Positions 36,952 to 47,520 of a stretch of DNA of 64,000 nt are shown here, one piece after another (position 1 is the first letter of the stretch; every line of letters starts with the position of its first letter). The stretch comes from Okamejei kenojei (Eukaryota): contig CM069134.1 of assembly GCA_035221665.1 (NCBI GenBank), forward strand, positions 83,762,001 to 83,826,000, given 5' to 3'. The notes beneath the pieces are model-generated. The model made no database searches. It was not told the DNA's origin and saw only the letters and a list, made by a program, of their open reading frames with translations. The position numbers were made by a program, and so were the translations under genes.

Positions 36952-37421
36952 GAAATATCTTCATGTTAAATAAAAAATATGGCCCTGGTGCATCATTTGG
37001 ATTTAAAATAAGAAATCTTTAGACACAGCAAGTTCCAGAAAATGACTCGCTTATCGCACATCTCTCTTTCCATTGATTTCAGGCCATTTTTAGAAATCTA
37101 AGAATAGATAAAATGACTAATTGCAGAAAAGTGCAAAAAGTTTATATCAATTTCAATAAAGTCAGCAAAAATCATCCTAGAATGATAACAACACACATTC
37201 CTCAGTGACGTGCATGATCATACCTTCCGCTCTGTGATCCCACGGTCGGTTTCTATATGTTGCTGTGCTGGCCTCTCTATTTACAAGAAACTATATGTCA
37301 GAAGCACCTCAAAGTTCCTCATAAGAATGCAAGCTGATACTAAGCCAAGGGAATGCTGGGGACAATGTCTAACAACTTGTGAAAAGTTACATTTTAGTGA
37401 CGGTCACTGAGGGTAGGGTAA

Positions 37422-38034
37422 AGGGCCTGTCCCACTTAGGCAATTTTGTTAGGTGACTACAGGTGACTAGGCTGTTGCCACATGCTCGCGGGCTAATGGC
37501 TGCATGGCCGTGAATTGTCTCCTCAAGTCGCTTAAAGAGTCGTAACTTTTTCTTGTTACCACTGGATTTTGAAATGTTCAAAATTTTTCAGCGACTGTGG
37601 GCTTGACGTAGCTTGTTTTTCCTGTCATAGGTGCTGTCGTAGGATGTCGCCAAGATGACGCAGGTTGTTGCCAGGTGACGCAGGTTGTCGTCGGGTGATG
37701 ACATTGGTGAATTCCATTGGCGACTACCTACGTCAACCGGCGACTGAATTATCTTCAGTTGTCGTCGAAAGGGTCGTAGTTTGTCGCGGGTGGACGTAGG
37801 TTGTTGTAGATTGTCGTAAGTTGTCGTATGTGTCGTCGTAGGTGTGGTCGTAGGTGGACGTCCTAAGTCGCGAAGAATTGGGTCGCCGGTTGTCGTAGCT
37901 TGCCGTCGACTAGGTGGTAGGTTGTCGTAGACATTGTCGTATGGGGAGTCCAGTTGCCGGTTTTTCGGTGACCTGCTATGACTGTGAATGTCGCCGGCAG
38001 TCGCCGAAAAAATCGCCTAAGTGGGACAGGCCCT
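37422..38034. mobile_element. PIF/Harbinger-type MITE
   Basis: Perfect 20-bp TIR agggcctgtcccacttaggc / gcctaagtgggacaggccct flanked by TAA and TTA (TWA target); interior made of GTTGTCGTAG-like repeats. Confidence 0.85.
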
Positions 38035-39099
38035 TTAGTGGCTTAGAACTGAGATCTTAGGTCGCGGAAATGAGTGCCTTTATTTTATGGAATGCAGGAG
38101 GCTGGGTAAGCGCAACAGGCCAAATTTGGAGGAAGGCAGAGCGCAGTATGCAAATAGTGAGAGAAGAGGCTACAAAATGAGTGGAGCTGTAAATACACGA
38201 GAATTTCAATATCAATTGTATTGTTCCAGGAATGCAATGAGCAGAAGGATGATGGACATTAGACCTTAGATCTCAAGTTGAAGGTCTGCTGGGAAGCATA
38301 AATAATCAAGTTTGAAGATTAAAAAAGGTGAGGATAGGCTGTAAGAAAGATTGAGGCAGGGGCGAGGATAGGAAACATGGTAAATGCAGGTTGGAGATCT
38401 TAGATGTTGAGGATTGGATATAGAAACATGGGAAATAGATGCAGAAGTCGGCCCTTCACCATTCAACGTGATCATCCTAAATCAGTACCCTGTTCTGTGG
38501 TACTGGCTCGAAGGGCCGAATGGCCTCCTCCTGCACCTATTTTCTATGTTTTCTACGTTCCAGCTTGTGTAGGAAAGAACTGCAAATGCTGGTTTAAATC
38601 GAAAGTAAACACAAGATGCTGGAGTAACTCAGCGGGGCAGCATCTCTGGAGAGAAGGAATGGGTGACGTTTCGGGTCGAGACCCTTCTTCAGACTGAGAT
38701 GCTGTATGTCCCGCTGAGTTGCTCCAGCATTTTGTGTCTACCCCGTTCCTGCTTTCTCCCAATATCCCTTAGCTCTAAGAGTTAAATCTCCCTTCAAAAC
38801 AACCAGTGAATTGGCCTTCACTGCCTTTCTGTGGCAGAGAATACAGGAGCTTTATTCAAGGTCAGTTAAGACACGTCGGTTGTGATCAATCTGATTAAAT
38901 CCGCGACTGGGGGGTGGGAAGGCGGATAGAATCAGTGACGACCGAACGATGGGGGTTGTAACTGGATTGAAGCCTCAATCTTTCATCTCGATTTTTAATT
39001 AATGACTGGATTTGGGGCGCGAGGGAGATGTGTCCTTTTCTCGCTTTCCAAACCAGTGTAATTGATAGATTCGGATCCCATTACAATCTGTGTGACCAG

Positions 39100-39340
39100 A
39101 GTTGCACGCAGAGTGTAGCCGTACAGTGCGCGGCGCGGCGCGGCGTTGTGTGCGGCGGATGCACCGCTGTGGAAATCACGTGTAGCAGCGGGTCGACGTG
39201 ACGGGGGCGGGGGCGGGGGCTGTACTGTAGGAGCGACGCCGGGCCGGGCCGGGCCTGCGATTGATAATCTGCAGCACAAACGCTGCTACTGTGGGAACCA
39301 GAGTAAGTGTACGACAGCAGGCGACACTCCTTTCGTGAAG
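39100..39340 (+). promoter_or_regulatory. small CpG island, probable promoter and non-coding first exon of a gene divergent from SNRK
   Basis: E-box CACGTG at 39177-39182, GACGTGAC, tandem GGGGCG boxes at 39203-39220, and donor CAGA|GTAAGT at 39302/39303. Confidence 0.6.
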
Positions 39341-39975
39341 TAGATAGAATCAACGGGGCTTTGAAATATTTGTTGCAAAAATGTAACCTTGGGGCGTGGT
39401 GGTCGAAGCAAATACGTTAGTTGCATTTCAAAGACTTTTGGACAAGGCATATGAGATATGCAAGGGTACACAAAAAGCTGGAGAAACTCAGCGGGTGCAG
39501 CAGCATCTAAGGAGCGAAGGAGATAGGCGACGTTTCGGGTCGAGACCCTTCTTCAGACAAGGCATATGAGATATGCAAGGAATGGGGGCGGATAGACAAT
39601 GTGCAGGTAGATTAGATAAGTGAAGGTCTTGACATCTATTCGGCACAGAAGTTGTGGGCTGAAAGGTCTGTTCTCGTGCTGTACTGTTCTATGTTCTATT
39701 AATTATAGAACAGTACAGCACAAGGATGAGGAACAGCTTCTATAACAACACCATCACACTGCTGAACTCGGAGTCCCGCCGATAGATTTCTCCAGTCTCT
39801 CCGTCCACATTGTCTGCATTCTGTATCTATTTATATATTGCTATTACTAGGAACTGACGCTAAACTGCATTTCGTTGTACCCATACTTGTATCTGTGCAA
39901 TGACATTAAAGTTGAATTGAATTGAGTACAGCACAAGAACAGGCCTTTCAGTCCACAACGTCTGTGCCGGATATG

Positions 39976-40127
39976 ATGTGCACACCTTATTATATTGTAT
40001 CAAATGTGCACATACCCTGTATCTGTGGTTATCCATGGAATTATAGTATAAGTATAGTAAAATTCCATGGATAACCACAGATACAGGGTATGTGCACATT
40101 TGATACAATATAATAAAGTGTACACAT
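39976..40127. repeat. near-perfect palindrome, 67-bp arms with an 18-nt spacer
   Basis: 39976-40042 against 40061-40127 shows 2 mismatches; the inner 56 bp are perfect. Confidence 0.95.
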
Positions 40128-42881
40128 TGTATCCTTCTGATCCATTGCCTATGATTAATGAGGTACAAGTATTTAGTTGGGCAAAGTGATCGCCAAGCTT
40201 GCGCTTGGTCTCACCAATGTAGAGCAGTTGGCACCTAGAACAGCGGATGCAATAGATGAGGTTTGTCTACCTATGATTAATGATGTTTGTCTTAATATAT
40301 TTAATGTATGTTGTGCTGAATGCAAGCTAATTGGGGGATAAGTCAATCTGTTATTCTCAAAGTAACCCTGACCCATGTCAATTATGGATGCGGCCTCAGA
40401 TGGAGAAAGGAACCAAAGTGCGTGATGATGGATAGTGGCCAATTTAAGGACCTGCTGGTGCTTTTTTTTTGCAGAGAATCCACTGCTGGAGGTTTAAAAA
40501 AATGAGTGCCTTCTACTTGGGTTTTTTCTTTTGTGCACCTAAAGAGTGCTTCTTTCACGAGGAAAGGTGGAGGAGAGAGGACTGCTTTAAAAGGAAGTAA
40601 ATTATTTCATTGTCTTTATTCTACTGTGGCAATAGAAAATAAAATCTCAAAACAAGCTCTTTACTCTCAAAACAGATGAGATTGCTGGACAATGTTCTAT
40701 ACAAATCTGGACTAGAGCGTTTTGGTTATGGACATCTGCCTAATTCAATGAAGGGACCAGTTCCAACTTTTTTTTCTCAATACTTTTTGTCTTTTATGGA
40801 AAGAAGGTAATTTCAGTAAGCCAGAATTTGAAATTGCCCTGGATATAGGGTGGGTTGGGCAGGGGATAGAGCTAGTGCTTCATAGCAAATTGTAATTGGA
40901 TAACCTGTTTTATCACCCATGTCCAAAGCACTCACCCTTTGGCTTCAATTAAATATAATATTTAGGTAGGTGGGTGGAAAAATAAAATCAGCTGCTAATC
41001 TGTTTTCATCTCATTTGTACCATTGGGCAAGAAAAACAAAACCCTTCCAAATTTTGCAAGATACAAGAACTTGTGCCATAACATATGCAGTTAATTAATT
41101 TTATTCCCTGCTTTAAAATAACTGATCGTAAGAACAGAAATGGATCATTTGGCTCCTTTAACCTGTTTTGCCAATAATTTAGATAATTCCAGACCTTTAT
41201 CTAACTCTGTTTCCTCATGTTGGTTTTCTAAGCTTTAATACACTTGCCTAACAAACTTATTTTTTGAGGTTGTAAGCCACAGAAGCTTCTTGGAAGAATT
41301 CCAGAGTTCCTTTGTCCTATGCATGAGAAATACTTCCTGACAACGGCCTAGCTTTCACATTAATTCTATGCCCCTTCATTCAAATCTTTTTTTTACCAGA
41401 AGAAATAGTGTATCTTGATCTACCCTGATGAATCCTTTAATCAATCATCCTGTGCATCTTAACTTGGGTAACCCATAATCTTCAATATTCAAGGGAGTGC
41501 CTGCCTATTTTGTGTAACAAATCCTTGTAGTTTAATATCATTAGTCAAGTGTTTAATTGTCATATGAACTGACAACAGACAATCTAAAATTTACTTGCAG
41601 CAGTAGAACAGGTCTGTAAATACAGTACTCCTAGATAACATAATAAACAAACAATTCAATAAATTAAAAGCCCCCCAATACTAGTGCAAACAGCCCAAAG
41701 TCCATAGTGCAATCAAGACAGTTCATTATTCATAGTATATTTAGTGTTATGTCGTTTTCAACGGTCTGATGTCTGTCGGTTGTGAGTATTGTGTTTACAT
41801 ATCTGTTGTGCTGCTGCAACTAAGAATTTCATTGTTCTGTTCCGGAATATATGACAATTAAAACGCTCTTGACTCTTGAAAGATGCTGTGCTTGAACCTG
41901 AAAGTTCAAGTCACAATATGAATCTCTGCCGGTTAATTACATTTCAACACCTTGCTTACACCCAATGCCAGTACAACTTTCCTAATGTGCAGTTGTCAGG
42001 AATGAACATGTTGAATGTGATGGGGCAAACATTGAGCTCTATACAACTGTAACATAATTTCCAACCTCCCTTTCCGATGCAATATAACTGATCATTTGGA
42101 CTACTTAAATTTTGGGGGGGTTCCCAGCTCCAGGTCCAGTGTCTCAATCTCCCTGTTGTTATTTTTTTCACTATTTGGAAAATATTCAGATTTTGATATG
42201 ATCCAGAGTAGATTGCTTAATACTTTTCTTCATTGAAGTTCATCTGCCACCATTTTGCCCTCTCTTCTTAATTTGATAATGTATTTTTGCAATCTTCTGC
42301 ATTTACAAACATAGGTTTTTATATCACCTAAGCAGTTTAATAGTAAGATTAAACGAGAACTTACCTGTTCAAAGTTTGATATTTATTTTATGAGGAGTTA
42401 CGATGAGGGATTACGTGAAGAAGCCAAACCAGGCGCATGCTCGGCATACTTCATAGCAGCGGCGTGAAAAACACAGAACCAATAGCCGAAGTAAGATAGT
42501 AAGGCTCACACAAGACTAGAACTACCAGATGATCGTTTAGATTATGAGGGTCGGGAGCGGAGGGCACGTAATCCCTCATCGTATCTCCTCATAAAATAAA
42601 GATCAAACTTCGAACTAAGTTCTCGTTTAATCTTACTATTTTACTTCGGAGTCACGTAAGTGACTACGTGAAGATTTTGAAGCTCTGTGATTTTCATGAC
42701 GTAGATTAATTCCATACGACACACTGCTTCAATAGACACAGTAGTGAGTAAATAATATTATTGAACATTGCTTGAATAATGCAATAAGTATTTTAATACT
42801 TAATAGAAGAAAGTAATACCCCTTTATAATAGGGGAAATTACAACAAAAGATATGAATCATTACATAAAAGAAAGCAAATA

Positions 42882-43742
42882 TCAAACAGAACTCAACACT
42901 GCATGTGCAAATTCTGGCACCACGATAACAGGTTTATTGTAAAACTTGGAAAAAGTTTCTTCTTTACAACATCCTGCGGCCTCTAAAATTTGGTCGAGCA
43001 GCACGTCCTGTGCCATCGCCGCGGACGTGGACGCTGCCCTGGTGGAGTGAGATTTAAACACATCAGTGTCGACTCCTGCTAAATCCAAAACCTGTTTTAA
43101 CCATCTAGAAATAGTTTGTAGTGACACATTTTTGTATTGTTTTTTATGAGCAATAAGCATTGTTGTCTCACAACCTCGGAGACTTTTGGTTACTTCAATA
43201 TATTGAGTCAGATGCTTAACCACACACAATGTTTGGTCGACAGGATATGCTCTAAAGATTACCTTGGTTCCAGACTTCCCCGGTATGCTCTGTTTGATTA
43301 GATCATAAACATAAAAAGTAATGTTATCTGCAGACAAATGCATACAATCTAAACGTAACATTTGCAATGTTTGTGCCGACACTAATGCCATAAGCATTAC
43401 CACCTTGAATGTTAACTTCTGAAACGACAGTGACGTAATTGGAGCCCATTGCCGAAGTAATGTGAGGACTATACTAACATCCCAAATTTCTGTATATCTG
43501 GGTTTGGGAGGATTTTTATTAAAAATCCCTCTGATGAATCGGGATATTAATGGATGAGACCCGATAGATAGGTGTTCTGAAAATTGTCCTAAATAGGAAG
43601 ACAAAGCACTACGAGCACTATAACTAAGGTGCTGATCAAAATGCAACATGGCAAGGAACTCCAATACATCCGATATGTTTGCAGAATGATAAGATATCTC
43701 TGACTGAATACAAAAAGCTTCCCATTTCTTTATGTGAGACAT
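42882..43742 (-). pseudogene. DIRS tyrosine recombinase, probably inactive
   Basis: HPLISRFIRGIF..WDVSIVL, TISRWLK, HSTRAAS (H-x-x-R) and TFSKFY (catalytic Tyr) are present. The first catalytic Arg expected after LVSAQ is missing, and AAGC replaces the usual AAGW. Confidence 0.9.
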
Positions 43743-43829
43743 ATTGTTTCTTAGTGCTATCTCTCCAAGCTGACGTTATGACTTCCATGGTCCTATCCGA
43801 CATTCCAATCCCTTGTAATCGTCTGGTCA

Positions 43830-45730
43830 GAACCTGCAGATTAGCAATTTAATATGATCATGTAATGGATGAACTTGTTCTGTCACTGGTTGTACCACCA
43901 AATCCCTGGAGCTGGGGATCGTCATAAAAGGTTCAATTATCAATCTAAGCATCAATGGGAACCATGCCTGTGTAGGCCAGTTTGGAACCAGCAAAACACC
44001 CTTAGCAGTCTTGCTCTATTTTATTGAGACATTGCCTAATCAGGCAAAATGGGGGAAAAGCATAGAAAAACATATTTCCCCAATGTAGCGAGAATGCATC
44101 CAATGCTACAGCTCCTGGGTCAGGCTCCCATGACACGTATTTAGGCAATTGGTGATTTAATCCGGATGCAAACAAATCAATGTTTGGTACACCATACTGA
44201 TTGACAATATTTTGGAACATTTGTGGATTTAACATCCATTCTGGATTGTCTTTAAACTCCCGTGATCTGTTGTCTGCCACAACATTGTCTTTCCCTGGGA
44301 GATAGATAGCTGAAAGTCAGATATTCCTAGATATACACCAATTCCACATCTGATTGACCAGATGATCACATGATACTGATCTTACTCCAGCCATGTGATT
44401 GATATATGCTACAGCTGTGGTTATTGTCTACTTGTAATTGAACATGCAAGTCCTCCATAGTAGAACAATAAGCTTTTAATCCAAAAAATGCCCCCAATAA
44501 CTCCAAATAATTAATACCATATGTTTGGAGAATTAATTTCTCTTGGACACCACAGCTGGTGTCATTGTCAGTAGCCCCCCCCCCCCCCCCCCCCTACATC
44601 CGAGAGCACTAACATCAGTTTGCAATACTACTGTAGGTTGCTGAATAACAATGTTTTTAGTAGCTTGTGCAACATTCCCAATCCACCACTGTAATTCAGC
44701 CAAAGCTTCTGTTGGCAACTGCATGGGTCTGTCAAAATGACCTGCACGCTTTTTTTTAGTGCTTGTGCTTTTGCCCTTTGAAGATTTTGATAATGTAAAG
44801 GACCAAACTTAACAGTGGGAAACGCTGCTACTATCTTACCAATAACCCTAGCTACTTCTCGGATGGAGGGATAAGGTTTGACAGCAAGGAATTCACACTC
44901 ATTTGTAATATTCACAATTTTATCTGTTGGTAAAGTTACTGACATAGCAACTGAATTAATGACAAGCCCCAAATACTCAATTGTATGCAACAGCTGTAGC
45001 TTAGATTTCGTTGGATGGATCAGAACCCTAGCCTTTTCAATAGGCTTATAGTTGCTGAAACTGAATCTTCAGGTGATTCCTGAGTGGCATTAACAATTAA
45101 AATATCATCAAGATAGGCCATGACAATGTGATTTTGAGCCCTTAACAATGCCAGTGCTAGTTTCAATAATGTTGTGAACAGCCTGGGAGCTGAACTTAAC
45201 CCATTAGGTAGTGCTTTATATTGCCACAGCTGACCCATCCAATTAAATTCAATTACCTACAATAATGGTGATGAATTGGCACTGAAGAATACGCATCTTT
45301 TAAGTCTATAGTAGCCATGTAACATCCTATGGCCAAAAACTCCTTTGCAGTGTTGAAGGTGTCCATTTTGAAATGTCTATACTGGACATATGAATTCAAT
45401 TTTGTGATCCAGAATGACTCTACAACCCCCATCTTTCTTTGGCCTGGGGAAAATATTTGACACAAATTGTTGCGGATGATACCCCGTACTTCCAATTACC
45501 CCTTTTTTAAGTAAAATTTTTAACTTCTTCTTTTACCTGAAAATTTTCAGGTGCAGAAAACACCAAATCCCGATTAGGTTTATCCTCTACAGGTGGATCA
45601 ACTCCTTCCACAAATTCAATAGTAGCACCTGACTCAGTATCTAACATAAACCGATCAGATGTTATACAGTACCATTCATCATAAAACAATTGCAATCTAC
45701 CACCAATCGGAGGTTCTACAACAGTTTCCT
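43830..45730 (-). pseudogene. DIRS pol: RT, RNase H and methyltransferase-like domain (frameshifted)
   Basis: PIGGRLQLFYDEW, HFKMDT, IDLKDAY, LPNGLSSAPRLFT, AYLDDILI, IEYLG, ELQWW, LQTDVS (RNase H), and IDLFAS..DAFSLHW..YAFPPF (MT domain). Confidence 0.9.
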
Positions 45731-45759
45731 CTGTGATAGAATACAGTTTTTGTACCTCA

Positions 45760-46926
45760 GCAAATGACCGTGATGGTCTCCTTCTCCCAATATATGGATT
45801 AACATTGGGCTGTGATGGGTGATAATACTTTCTTACCATACCCCTGCCTCTGCTTGTTCCTGCTCCTGAATCAAACCCCCTTCTCATCCAGCCAGATTGT
45901 CCCCTTTGGCCAAATATGAAAGGTTTCATGAGGCTGATCGTTTTTGCCTCCTCATCGATATCTTTAATTTATTTACGCAGGTTTCTCCAAATAAATAACC
46001 TGGAGCTTGAATGTTGCTTGATTACACAAATCAGCAATCTTGGGTGCAGGATGGACCGAATGGCGATTTTACTCATGCAATTATCTCAAATTAAGAGTTA
46101 GAACAATGCCAACATGTCTTTTGAATTTTGGACATAGCATGCCGCTCCAACTGCCTCCCAGAAACAGTAAAGCCAGCTGCAATGGGCTTGAGGACCCTCG
46201 CATTGTTCAACTCATAGATGTCCAAATACTTGGATTCACCATCGGCACCCACAGTAATGCACAATTAATAGGTGTTTTATAGAGGTCTGCTGTCTCCATC
46301 ATGACAGTCTCCTGAAGCTGGTGAGAAACCAAATAATTAATGTTGGCCGCCAGGTTCTGGTATAGCAAAGGATTGTGCTACATCCGGTACACCTGTACTT
46401 TGACTTTTGCGCTGTGGTGGGTAATCAACACCAGAAACACCACCTTCAGGGTCAGTCTTTTGCTGCCCTGGTACTCCTGAGACTTGCTCAAGGAGACTTC
46501 CTCCAGACCTAAACAAGGCTCTGGAGGTTCACATTCCCATGTTGTAAAGGCACCATAATCATGATATGGAACCCCCTCAGGGCTGCCTGGGAATATTCTG
46601 GGTCTTTTGACCCTTGGTTTATAATTGTTTGGAGCATTTTCTCCATTTGGTCCATCCTGAACCACAGGGCTCGTCTGCCTGGTCCTGCCTTTTCTTCATC
46701 AGATCCACCTGATATTTCAGCCCTAGCAGACTTCCTTTTATTTTTTCCTCTTCACTGGAGTTTCCTCTGTGGCCTGTGGCTGTGGAGCGTCTAAAATCTG
46801 AACTACGGCAGTTTCAACGGCTACCGGTATCGGAACCGGCTCCGTACTAATCTGTGGTCCCGATCTTAACTGTGTTTCTCCCCGGGACGCGCCCTTCCCC
46901 CGCGCCAATCTTTTCACCGTGTCCAT
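45760..46926 (-). pseudogene. DIRS gag-like ORF1 remnants
   Basis: Lies between the 5' ITR and pol. Fragmented ORFs start MDTVKRLARGK and end in a basic, Gly-rich segment. Assigned by position only. Confidence 0.55.
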
Positions 46927-47520
46927 TTTTAAAACTTCCCAAACTCCTCCTGGCTATTCCAGCCAGCGTCACGGAGTTTCTACCCTGGAAGTAATTTCAA
47001 CCCACTTACCTGCGGGTCTGTTATTTACCGCTGGTGGAGCTGCGATCTGCAGCCCTTCCCTACCGACATGCGTTGACGTAATGCCGAGCATGCGCCTGGC
47101 GGGGGTTCTTCACGTAGTCACTCACGTGACTCCGAAGTAAAATCAGGAAAATGTTTAATACTTTGCATCTCAATCCTTTATCATAGCCTTTTATACATAC
47201 AGTGAAAATCTATGTCCCGAGTATAAATATGAGGGACACCATTATCCTTTATGCTTCCTAATCAATTCCTTATTCAAGCCAATAGGTTGCCTCCAATTCC
47301 ACATAGTGTCAAAGATTTGGAACTAATTGATAGCCATCTCTTATTCTCTATCTATCTTCTACATCTACCACGTTAATTACCCTACCTTTGGAGAACGTGA
47401 TGGCTGATGTTCACTTTACTCTCCTAACTCTTGGGGGGAAAAACAAAACTGATCAATGTATTCAAAGTAAGGTTATAAACCAGATTTACAGCTGTGGAGA
47501 CGTTCTCTTTCTGCTGCGTG

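Larger units (their letters stand above)
42339..47143 (-). mobile_element. DIRS1-type tyrosine-recombinase retrotransposon, both termini intact, ORFs frameshifted
   Basis: ITRs at 42412-42447 and 47081-47116, terminal extension at 42339-42417, ICR at 42565-42674; domain order gag-like, RT, RNase H, MT, YR on the minus strand. Confidence 0.95.

Noticed and set aside
37620-37960. Short repeated units as a CRISPR-like array
   Set aside because: No repeat-spacer structure; these are internal repeats of a Harbinger MITE in a vertebrate genome.
42882-43742. Phage integrase or bacterial contamination
   Set aside because: It is the YR ORF of a DIRS retrotransposon, embedded with RT/RNase H and DIRS termini in vertebrate repeats.
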